A stretch of 14,334 nucleotides of DNA from Verrucomicrobiota bacterium. Its GTDB lineage: Bacteria; Verrucomicrobiota; Verrucomicrobiia; Limisphaerales; CANJSG01. The stretch lies in the NCBI GenBank assembly GCA_038209745.1, contig JBBQXJ010000102.1, positions 1 through 14,334 of the forward strand, given 5' to 3'. A program made the position numbers and the translations under genes. The notes under the pieces are model-generated. The model did no database searches. It was not told where the DNA came from and worked only from the letters and a program-made list of their open reading frames with translations. Positions 1 through 7,829 of the stretch are shown here, piece after piece (position 1 is the stretch's first letter; every line of letters begins with the position of its first letter).

Positions 1-13
1 CCCGAATCGGGAT

Positions 14-61
14 CGGCGGGTCTGGACAAATAATCCGTGTGTCGTCCAGATCCGCCGTTTT
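14..61 (+). terminator. Probable Rho-independent terminator of a gene upstream of the window
   Basis: CGGCGGGTCTGGAC (14-27) pairs with GTCCAGATCCGCCG (44-57) as a 14-bp stem with one G:U pair, followed by TTTT (58-61). The 16-nt loop is large and the U-tract short. Confidence 0.5.
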
Positions 62-152
62 GGTGTCCGGAATCGACGGAAGATTCCGATCTAAAGGGAG
101 ATCCAGAGGCGCTCTCAATCCATGGGCGCAGCCGAATTGGATCCGGTTTGGC

Positions 153-192
153 CTGGCACAGGATTGTTACAATGTCTCCGCGAGCCTGTCAC
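153..192 (+). promoter_or_regulatory. Putative Pho box (PhoB binding site)
   Basis: CTGGCAC-AGGA-TTGTTAC (153-170) fits the 7-4-7 direct-repeat Pho box (consensus CTGTCAT-N4-CTGTCAY). A near-consensus half-site CTGTCAC at 186-192 lies in the same 11-bp register. The site is 40-80 bp upstream of the first gene of a pst/pho operon. Confidence 0.65.
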
Positions 193-231
193 ATCGGTCT
201 TCCAGCGTTAGCAGGTCCTGAACGACACATC

Positions 232-1623
232 ATGCAAATCAAACCTGCCTATTCACTGGTTCTGGCCGCCGCCGGCTTCATTGCCGTCTCTGCGGGAGCT
301 CTGAACTCACACGCCCAGTCCGCCGATGCTTTGATCGACAAGCTCGTCGACAAGGGGATCCTGACAGTGGATGAGGCCCAGGGTCTCCGCGACGAGGCCG
401 ACAAGGATTTCACCCGGACTTTGGCCTCCAAGAACGGCATGCCGGAATGGGTGAAGACGATGAAGCTCAACGGTGATTTTCGCGGCCGTTACGAGGGGTT
501 CTACGCGAACGAGCCGGGTTTCGTGAATCGCGACCGGCTTCGCTACCGCCTTCGCTTCGGGATCACGGCCGGTTTGACCGATTCTTTTGAAGTGGGCCTC
601 CGTCTCGGGTCCGGCGACGCGACCGCGTCGAACGGCCAGATCGATCCGATCTCGACCAACCAGACACTGGACAACAACGGCGCGAAGAAGGGCATCTATC
701 TCGACCAGGCCTACGTCCGCTGGAAGGGGATCAACACGTCTTCGATGCAGGGGAGTCTGACCTTCGGCAAGATGGAGAATCCCCTTGTCTTCTCGGACAT
801 GGTCTTTGACGCCGACTACACGCCGGAAGGTCTGGGCTTGAACTACGCCTACAACCTCAGCGAGGCACAGGCCCTGAAGTTCAATGCCGGCGCGTTCTCT
901 CTCAAGGAAGTGGGCTCCAGCAGCAACGACTCGTTCCTCTTCGCCGCCCAGGTCCGCTGGGACGCCGCCTGGAACGAAAAGTTCCAGACCTCCATGGGCG
1001 CTTCGCTCCTCGGCATCACCGGCCATGGACAACTCCGCGAGACGCCGGCCACGACGGCCAAGTTCGTCGATCCCACCACGGGCAAGACCAACACGGTGGT
1101 CCTGACCGCCGCCAGCAGCGCGGTCCCGAACATCAATTCGGGCAACACCCGCTCGGCCGACGGGCGTCTCGCCTACAGCTACAACCCCTACGTCCTGGAC
1201 GCTTCGGCGACCTATTCGCTGGAAAGCGTTCCCCTGTATCCCGGAACGTTCCCCATCAAGGTGGCGGCGGACTACATGCAGAACCCCGGTGCTCCGAGCG
1301 ACCGGAACAGCGCGTGGTCCGTAGGGCTCACCTTCGGCAAATCCGGCAAGAAGGGTCTCTGGGACGTGGGCTACCGCTACAAGGTGCTCGACTCCGACGC
1401 GTGGTATGAGGAGGTGGTGGATTCGGATTTCGGCGCGTTCAACAGCGGCGCCTACCGTTCCGGCACGAACGTCCGGGGCCACATCCTCAAGGCCAACTAT
1501 TCGCCCTACGACTTCATGACCGTAGGGGTCACCTGGTTCCTGACCGACGCGATCACCGCGTCGCCTGCCGGAGCGGGCAGCGCGATCCAGCGCCTCCAGG
1601 TGGACGCCAACTTCAAGTTCTGA
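232..1623 (+). CDS. Putative outer-membrane beta-barrel porin ('putative porin'/Porin_5-like), candidate phosphate channel
   Basis: Start placed at ATG 232 (MQIKPAYSLVLAAAGFIAVSAGALNSHAQ, a signal peptide ending S-H-A). It has an N-terminal DALIDKLVDKGILT segment, GDFRGRYE and RDRLRYRLRFG motifs, alternating aromatic beta-strands and a C-terminal QVDANFKF (terminal Phe, BAM signal). Confidence 0.85.
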   Translation: MQIKPAYSLVLAAAGFIAVSAGALNSHAQSADALIDKLVDKGILTVDEAQGLRDEADKDFTRTLASKNGMPEWVKTMKLNGDFRGRYEGFYANEPGFVNRDRLRYRLRFGITAGLTDSFEVGLRLGSGDATASNGQIDPISTNQTLDNNGAKKGIYLDQAYVRWKGINTSSMQGSLTFGKMENPLVFSDMVFDADYTPEGLGLNYAYNLSEAQALKFNAGAFSLKEVGSSSNDSFLFAAQVRWDAAWNEKFQTSMGASLLGITGHGQLRETPATTAKFVDPTTGKTNTVVLTAASSAVPNINSGNTRSADGRLAYSYNPYVLDASATYSLESVPLYPGTFPIKVAADYMQNPGAPSDRNSAWSVGLTFGKSGKKGLWDVGYRYKVLDSDAWYEEVVDSDFGAFNSGAYRSGTNVRGHILKANYSPYDFMTVGVTWFLTDAITASPAGAGSAIQRLQVDANFKF

Positions 1624-1684
1624 CAACCCAAGCGCAACTTTCCCGGACACGATCCATCCCGTTCAATTGTCACCGTCTCAATCT

Positions 1685-2533
1685 ATGAAACTGAACACTC
1701 GCATCCTCGCCCTCTTGGTGGCCGGCCTCACCGCCGGATCGACCTTCGCGGGCAACATCACCGCCAAGGGTTCCGACACCCTGGTGATCCTCGCCCAGAA
1801 ATGGGCCGAAGTTTACATGGGCCAACACTCCGAGACCAAGATCCAGGTCAACGGCGGCGGATCCGGCATCGGCTTCGCCGCGCTGCAGAAGAACGAGACC
1901 GACCTCGCCAACGCGTCCCGCAAGATCAAGGCGAAGGAGATCAGCGGCTGCATCGAGGCCTTCGGCGACCGTCCCCGCGAATACAAGGTCGCCCTCGACG
2001 GGCTCTCGGTCTACGTGAACGAAGCCAACAAGATCAGCACCCTCAGCATCGAGGAACTGGAAGGCATCTTCACCGGCAAGACCAAGAACTGGAAGGAAGT
2101 CGGCGGCGACGACGCCCCGATCACCGTCTACAGCCGTGAGAACAGCTCCGGCACCTACGAGTTCTTCAAGGAGCACATCCTCAAGGGCCAGGACTTCGCG
2201 GCCAGCGCGCAGACCCAGGCCGGCACCGCCATCCTCCTGCAGGCCGTGGCGAAGGACAAAAACGGCATCGGCTACGGCGGTGCGGCCTACGGCGCGGGCG
2301 CCAAGCACATCACGGTGTCCGTGGCCAAGGACGGCGAAGCCTTCGAGCCCACCGAGGCGAACGTCATGAACGGCAAGTATCCCATCTGGCGCCACCTCTA
2401 CATCTACGTGAACCCCAAGCTCGACAAGGGAGAGATTGGAGCCTACCTCAAGTGGATCCGCAGCGACGCGGGCCAGAAGGTGGTGAAGGACGTGGGCTAC
2501 TATCCGCTCCCCGCAAATCTCCGCTCCAAGTAA
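1685..2533 (+). CDS. pstS: Phosphate ABC transporter substrate-binding protein PstS
   Basis: Signal peptide from ATG 1685 (MKLNTRILALLVAGL). PBP2 phosphate-binding motifs GSDT, GGGSGIG, ASR, ALDGL, SRENSSGTYEFF and YPIWRHLY. Lies directly upstream of pstCAB. Confidence 0.95.
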   Translation: MKLNTRILALLVAGLTAGSTFAGNITAKGSDTLVILAQKWAEVYMGQHSETKIQVNGGGSGIGFAALQKNETDLANASRKIKAKEISGCIEAFGDRPREYKVALDGLSVYVNEANKISTLSIEELEGIFTGKTKNWKEVGGDDAPITVYSRENSSGTYEFFKEHILKGQDFAASAQTQAGTAILLQAVAKDKNGIGYGGAAYGAGAKHITVSVAKDGEAFEPTEANVMNGKYPIWRHLYIYVNPKLDKGEIGAYLKWIRSDAGQKVVKDVGYYPLPANLRSK

Positions 2534-2572
2534 CGGTTTCGTCGGTCACGGTTCCTCCTGCGGCCGATCCCG

Positions 2573-2622
2573 GGGCGGGTGCCGGTGTTGCACAAAAGTC
2601 GTTTGGCACCCGGTATCCGCCC
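2573..2622 (+). other. Strong intergenic stem-loop between pstS and pstC (mRNA stabiliser or partial terminator)
   Basis: GGGCGGGTGCCGG (2573-2585) pairs with CCGGTATCCGCCC (2610-2622) as 13 bp including two G:U pairs. It is followed by TCTCT rather than a full U-tract. Confidence 0.6.
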
Positions 2623-2638
2623 TCTCTAGTCTCACCCT

Positions 2639-4042
2639 GTGTCTCTGAACCAGCCAGCATCAGCCAAGCGGTCCGCGGGATGGATGGGCATCCATCGCGG
2701 CCATCGGGCACGGCCGTTGGAATGGCTGGTGGAGAAGGCGATCCTCGCGGTCAGCTTCTCCACGATCGGCGTCGTCTTCCTCATCTTCGTCTTCATCGGC
2801 CGCGAAGCGCTGCCGGTCTTCACCGGGCACATTTCCAGTGCGGCCCTGATCGATGCGATCCCGGCCGAAAAGCTCAAAGCCGGCCCCGTCATCGATCTGC
2901 TCGACTACCTCGGCCTCAGTCGGGGCGATGCCTTGGAGCGCGTCGTGCGCAACGCCCGGAGCGCCCGGACCGACTTCGCCGGCTTGGCTCCGGCCGACGT
3001 CGCCGATGCCTTGGCCGTGGAGCCCGATGAGTTCACCGGTCGCCTTGCCCGCGTGCTGGAACCGACCCTTTCAGTGGAATCCGGCGATCTTGTGAAGGCG
3101 CTGCCGGTGCTGCAAGGACACGAAGCGGAAGTGAAGGCCTGGCTGGTGCACAAGGTGCGGAACGTCCTCGAACTCCTGATGGAGGTGCGCTCCGAAGATT
3201 TCGCCGAGAAGTCCGTCACCCTCGCCTCCGCTCCGGACGCCCGCGTCAATACCGCCGCCTGGCGCTACCTGCTGCTGCCTTACCAGTGGAAGGGCTACGA
3301 CAAGCCGGAATACATCTGGCAGCCCATTGGAAACATCCACAAATACAACATCGTGCCCCTCTTCGTCGGCAGCTTGAAGATCACGCTGGTCGGGCTTCTG
3401 TTCGCCGTGCCCCTGGCTCTCGGAGCCGCGATCTATGTCTCGCAGCTCGCCCGCCCCAAAGTGAAGGAATGGGTCAAGCCGGCGATCGAGCTCCTCGCGG
3501 GCATCCCGTCGGTCGTCGTCGGGTCGTTCGCGCTCCTCGTGCTGGCGTCGACGATGCAGAACCTCTTCGGGTACACGACGCGGTTGAACGTATTCGTCGC
3601 CGGCATCGCTCTCGGGATCGCGGTGATTCCGCTCGTCTTCTCCATCGCGGAGGACGCGTTGACGAGCGTTCCCCGCAGCTACTCGCAGGCGGCCCTGGCC
3701 ATCGGTGCCTCCCAGTGGCGGACCGCGTGGGACATTGTCCTGCCGGCCGCGCTTCCGGGAGTCTTCGCCTCCGTGGTGCTCGGCTTCGGCCGCGCCATCG
3801 GCGAGACGATGATCGTCCTCATGGTCTGTTCGGCCTCGGTGATGTCATGGAGCATCTTCGACTCGGCCCGGAGCATCACCACGACCATCGCGGCGGAAAT
3901 GGCCGAGGCGGTGGCGGGCGGGCACCATTACCGGATCCTCTTCATGCTGGGCACCATGCTTTTCGGCGTCACCTTCGTGACCAACTTCATCGGAGACCTC
4001 GTCATCAACCGTCTGAAAGGGCGCCTCGAAGGCCGTAAATGA
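2639..4042 (+). CDS. pstC: Phosphate ABC transporter permease PstC with a large inserted extracytoplasmic domain
   Basis: N-terminal TM (IGVVFLIFVFIGREALP), then about 175 aa of soluble sequence, then the PstC core: PLFVGSL, KPAIELLAGIPSVVVG, EDALTSVP, ALAIGASQW, GFGRAIGETM. Start is uncertain (GTG 2639 or ATG 2684). Confidence 0.93.
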   Translation: MSLNQPASAKRSAGWMGIHRGHRARPLEWLVEKAILAVSFSTIGVVFLIFVFIGREALPVFTGHISSAALIDAIPAEKLKAGPVIDLLDYLGLSRGDALERVVRNARSARTDFAGLAPADVADALAVEPDEFTGRLARVLEPTLSVESGDLVKALPVLQGHEAEVKAWLVHKVRNVLELLMEVRSEDFAEKSVTLASAPDARVNTAAWRYLLLPYQWKGYDKPEYIWQPIGNIHKYNIVPLFVGSLKITLVGLLFAVPLALGAAIYVSQLARPKVKEWVKPAIELLAGIPSVVVGSFALLVLASTMQNLFGYTTRLNVFVAGIALGIAVIPLVFSIAEDALTSVPRSYSQAALAIGASQWRTAWDIVLPAALPGVFASVVLGFGRAIGETMIVLMVCSASVMSWSIFDSARSITTTIAAEMAEAVAGGHHYRILFMLGTMLFGVTFVTNFIGDLVINRLKGRLEGRK

Positions 4043-5010
4043 GCACCGCCCCCGCGCAGCCACCGGGTTCCACGGCGCGCCCCGCGCCTCGTTTGACGCG
4101 CCAGCGGACCGACTGGAGCTCGGCGCTTTGGACCTCCGCGACCCTGTTGGGCACTTCGTTCATCCTCGTGCTGCTGATCTGGATCGTCGGTGACATTGTG
4201 GTCCACGGCCTGCCCGGACTCAGCTGGCGCTTTGTCTTCACCACGCCGAAAAAGGACTTCTTCGAGCCCGGCTCCGCCGCCGTCCTGCCGATGGTGGTGG
4301 GCACGACGATCCGCGTGCTGGTGATGACCATCTTCGTCCTGCCCATCGGTGTCATCACCGCGATCTACCTCACGGAATACGCCCACACGACCTCGATCTA
4401 TACCCGCGTCATCCGGTCGGCCATCGCGAATCTGGCCGGCGTGCCGAGCATCGTCTTCGGTCTGTTCGGTCTCGGATTCTTCATCAACTTCCTCGGCAAG
4501 AACATCGACCTGGCGATCGGGGCGACCTCGCGCTTCGGCCATCCCTCGGTCTTGTGGGCCTCCCTCACTCTGGCCGTGATGACCCTGCCCGTGATGGTCA
4601 TCGCCACGGAGGAATCGTTGAAGGCGATCACCCCCGGATTGCGGGAAGCGAGCCTCGCGCTCGGAGCCACCAAGCTCCAGACGATCACCCGGATCGTCCT
4701 GCCCAACGCGATGCCCGGCATCCTGACCGGCGCGATCCTGGCCATCAGCCGGGCAGCGGGCGAAGTCGCGCCGATCCTCTTCACCGGCGCGGCCTACTAC
4801 ATGGCGGACCTGCCGACGAAGCTGACCGACCAGTTCATGGACCTCGGCTACCACACCTTCGTCCTGTCCACCCAGTCGCCCGACATCGACAAGACGCGGC
4901 CGATTCTCTACGCCACCGTCCTGGTGCTCCTGATGCTCACTTTCACCCTGAACGCCTTCGCCATCGTCGCCCGCGCCCGGATGCGCCGCGCCATGAGAGC
5001 GGGTCACTGA
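4039..5010 (+). CDS. pstA: Phosphate ABC transporter permease PstA
   Basis: Motifs [25 protein letters not shown] loop [11 protein letters not shown] and [15 protein letters not shown]. Overlaps the pstC stop by 4 bp. Confidence 0.96.
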   Translation: MSTAPAQPPGSTARPAPRLTRQRTDWSSALWTSATLLGTSFILVLLIWIVGDIVVHGLPGLSWRFVFTTPKKDFFEPGSAAVLPMVVGTTIRVLVMTIFVLPIGVITAIYLTEYAHTTSIYTRVIRSAIANLAGVPSIVFGLFGLGFFINFLGKNIDLAIGATSRFGHPSVLWASLTLAVMTLPVMVIATEESLKAITPGLREASLALGATKLQTITRIVLPNAMPGILTGAILAISRAAGEVAPILFTGAAYYMADLPTKLTDQFMDLGYHTFVLSTQSPDIDKTRPILYATVLVLLMLTFTLNAFAIVARARMRRAMRAGH

Positions 5011-5023
5011 TCCTTTCGCACCC

Positions 5024-5842
5024 ATGTCCGCCCTCCAAATCGACAAGACCACGCCGCCGGCCGGTTCCGGCCAGCACCCGCCTGGGGGCGCGCCCCTCAT
5101 CCAGACCCGTGGACTGGAGCTGTTCTACGGCCAGACCAAGGCCCTGAAGGGGATCGACATCGATATCCAGGAGCGGCTCGTGACCGCCTTCATCGGACCG
5201 TCCGGCTGCGGCAAGTCGACTTTCCTCCGCTGCTTCAACCGGATGAACGACCTCATCGACGGAGTGCGGATCCTGGGCGAATGCCGCGTCGGCGGTGAAG
5301 AGATCTACGAGCCGGACATCGACGTCATCGAGCTGCGCAAACGGGTCGGGATGGTCTTCCAGAAGTCCAACCCCTTCCCCAAGTCGATCTACGAGAACGT
5401 CGCCTATGGCCTCCGCCTGCACGGCGCGAAGGACAAGGCGGCGCTCGACGAGGTCGTGGAGAAGAGCCTTCGCGGCGCCGCGCTTTGGGACGAGGTGAAG
5501 GACCGGCTGAACTCCAGCGCGCTCGGGCTCTCCGGTGGGCAGCAGCAGCGGCTGTGCATCGCCCGCACCATCGCCATCCGGCCCGAGATCATCCTCATGG
5601 ACGAGCCGGCCAGCGCCTTGGATCCGATCGCCACGGCCAAGGTCGAAGAGCTGATCCTGGAGCTGAAGAAGGAATTCACCATCGTGATCGTGACCCACAA
5701 CATGCAGCAGGCCACGCGCATCTCGGACCGGACGGCGTTCTTCTATCTCGGCGAATTGATCGAGTACGATCAGACCAAGAAAATCTTCACCAACCCGGCG
5801 ATGAAACAGACGGAAGACTACGTGACCGGCCGCTTTGGCTGA
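5024..5842 (+). CDS. pstB: Phosphate ABC transporter ATP-binding protein PstB
   Basis: Walker [35 protein letters not shown], signature [13 protein letters not shown], Walker [21 protein letters not shown] and C-terminal YVTGRFG. Confidence 0.98.
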   Translation: MSALQIDKTTPPAGSGQHPPGGAPLIQTRGLELFYGQTKALKGIDIDIQERLVTAFIGPSGCGKSTFLRCFNRMNDLIDGVRILGECRVGGEEIYEPDIDVIELRKRVGMVFQKSNPFPKSIYENVAYGLRLHGAKDKAALDEVVEKSLRGAALWDEVKDRLNSSALGLSGGQQQRLCIARTIAIRPEIILMDEPASALDPIATAKVEELILELKKEFTIVIVTHNMQQATRISDRTAFFYLGELIEYDQTKKIFTNPAMKQTEDYVTGRFG

Positions 5843-5883
5843 GAAACGGCTCCGCCTTCCGCCCTCTACAACCCGCGCAATCC

Positions 5884-6540
5884 ATGACCCATTTCGAATC
5901 GGACCTCGCCAAGCTCAAGGACATGCTCCTGACCATGGGCAGCCATGCCGAGACGGCCGTCCAGACCGCCCTCAAGGCCTTGACCGAGCGCGACGACGAA
6001 CGGGCCCGTTCGGTGAAGGACAACGACTCGGTGCTCGACCAGTTCGAGATCGACGTCGACGAGTCCGCCCTCCTTCTCCTGGCCAAGGCTCCTCTGGCCC
6101 GCGATCTCCGTCTGATCACCGTGGCCATGAAGGTGTCCCAGAACCTGGAACGCGTGGGCGACGAGGCCACGACCATCGCCCGTCGGGCGATCGAGTTGAA
6201 CACCGAGCCCCAGCTCAAGCCCTACGTGGACCTTCCCCGCATGGCCAACATCGCCATCGACATGCTGCGCGACGCGCTCGGCGCCTTCGTCACCGGCGAC
6301 GCGGAGAAGGCCCGCCGCGTGGTCCCGCGCGACAAGGAAGTGGACCTGATCAACAAGCAGCTCCATCGCGAGCTCACCAGCTTCATGATCGAAAAGCCCG
6401 TGACCATCAGCCGTTGCCTGCATCTGATGACGATCTCCAAGAGCCTTGAGCGCATCGCCGACCACGCCACCAACGTGGCCGAAGAAGTGGTGTTCCTGCT
6501 TGAAGCCAAAGACATCCGCCACGAGCACCCCGCCGCATGA
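5884..6540 (+). CDS. phoU: Phosphate signalling complex protein PhoU
   Basis: True start is ATG 5884 (MTHFESDLAKLKDMLLTMG), inside the listed 5485..6540 ORF. Two PhoU repeats: PLARDLR...LERVGDEA and LERIADHATNVAEEVVF. Confidence 0.96.
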   Translation: MTHFESDLAKLKDMLLTMGSHAETAVQTALKALTERDDERARSVKDNDSVLDQFEIDVDESALLLLAKAPLARDLRLITVAMKVSQNLERVGDEATTIARRAIELNTEPQLKPYVDLPRMANIAIDMLRDALGAFVTGDAEKARRVVPRDKEVDLINKQLHRELTSFMIEKPVTISRCLHLMTISKSLERIADHATNVAEEVVFLLEAKDIRHEHPAA

Positions 6541-6968
6541 ACATTCCGACGTCCTCCCCCGCTCCCCATCGCGTCCTCGTGGTCGACGATGAAGAGGACA
6601 TCGTGGAGCTGATTCGCTTCAACTTGGAGCGCGCCGGGTTCGACGTCGTCACCGCCGGCACCGGCATCGAGGCGTTGCGGAAAGTCCGCGAAACCGAGCC
6701 GGATCTCATCCTGCTCGACGCCATGTTGCCGGAGATGGACGGCTTCGCCGTCTGCGAGATGCTCCGGCGCGACCCCGTCACCGCGCGCACGCCGGTGATC
6801 TTTGTCACCAGCTGGGGATCCGAGGACGCCCGCGTCCTCGGACTCGAGTTCGGTGGAAACGACTACATCGTGAAACCGTTCAGCCCCAAGGAACTCGTCC
6901 TCCGGGTGAAGAACCTCCTCGGCCACCAGCCCACGGCCGCCCGACCCCTTTCCCACCCACAGCCATGA
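6537..6968 (+). CDS. Stand-alone response-regulator receiver (REC) protein, paralog of the PhoB receiver
   Basis: VLVVDDE, PDLILLD (phospho-acceptor Asp), conserved Thr (FVTSW) and DYIVKPF (conserved Lys). It ends about 15 aa after the REC domain with no output domain. ATGA overlaps with both phoU and phoB. Confidence 0.9.
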   Translation: MNIPTSSPAPHRVLVVDDEEDIVELIRFNLERAGFDVVTAGTGIEALRKVRETEPDLILLDAMLPEMDGFAVCEMLRRDPVTARTPVIFVTSWGSEDARVLGLEFGGNDYIVKPFSPKELVLRVKNLLGHQPTAARPLSHPQP

Positions 6969-7651
6969 AGCCCAAGATCCTAGTCATCGACGACGAGCCG
7001 GATGCCGTCGATCTCGTCGCGTTCAACCTCCGGGAAGCCGGCTACGAAGTCATCACCGGAGCCGATGGCGCCGAGGCGATCAAGAAGGCCCGCGAGCACG
7101 TCCCCGACCTGATCGTCCTCGATCTCATGCTGCCCGAGGTGGATGGATTGGAGGTCTGCAAGATCCTCCGGCGCGATCCCGGCGTGTCCCACGTCCCCAT
7201 CATCATGCTCACGGCCAAGGCCGCGGAGATCGACCGCGTCCTCGGCCTGGAACTGGGCGCCGACGACTACGTCACCAAGCCCTTCAGCCCGCGCGAACTC
7301 GTGCTTCGCATCAAGAAGATGCTGGCCCGCGGCAAGACCGTCGAAGAAGCCGCCGAACAGGTGCAGATCGGCGAACTCTACATCGACGTCGGCCGCCATC
7401 TCGTGACCTTCCAGAGCCGCCGGATCGATCTCACCGCCACCGAGTTCAAGCTCCTCACCACCCTCGCACGGCGTCGCGGCCGCGTGCAGTCCCGCGAACA
7501 GCTGCTGCAGGACGTGTGGGAATACGACAACATCATCGACACCCGCACCGTGGACACCCACATGCGTCGCCTCCGCGAGAAGCTCGGCCGGGGCGCCAAA
7601 TACCTCGATACCGTTCGCGGTGTCGGCTACCGCTTCGTGGAGGCCACCTAG
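6965..7651 (+). CDS. phoB: OmpR/PhoB-family DNA-binding response regulator PhoB (PhoP-like)
   Basis: REC domain (DDE, LIVLDLMLP, LTAK, GADDYVTKPFS) plus winged helix (LTATEFKLL, SREQLLQDVW, TRTVDTHMRRLREKLG, TVRGVGYRF), in pst/phoU context. Confidence 0.92.
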   Translation: MKPKILVIDDEPDAVDLVAFNLREAGYEVITGADGAEAIKKAREHVPDLIVLDLMLPEVDGLEVCKILRRDPGVSHVPIIMLTAKAAEIDRVLGLELGADDYVTKPFSPRELVLRIKKMLARGKTVEEAAEQVQIGELYIDVGRHLVTFQSRRIDLTATEFKLLTTLARRRGRVQSREQLLQDVWEYDNIIDTRTVDTHMRRLREKLGRGAKYLDTVRGVGYRFVEAT

Positions 7652-7829
7652 GCGATTGGGAACGTCCTGGCTGCAAGAGTCTTTTCGATCCGCTTTCGTT
7701 CATTCCGGTACGACAGCGGTGAGTCGGATCGGGTGAGAAGCGAAACGAGATTCCGGGCTGCAGGGTGATTGGGATGAAGAACAGGCTGCAAATAAAGGAC
7801 GCTCCCCGAGCTCGATCCGCCCCACTGGC

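Noticed and set aside
37..231. 65-aa N-terminal extension of the porin ORF
   Set aside because: It overlaps the terminator-like hairpin and Pho box, and the signal peptide begins at Met 232.
1667..1673. TTGTCAC Pho-like half-site before pstS
   Set aside because: A single half-site 11 nt before the start codon with no partner in 11-bp phase.
5485..5883. N-terminal extension of the PhoU ORF (apparent 351-aa protein)
   Set aside because: It is an off-frame overlap with pstB. PhoU similarity starts at ATG 5884.
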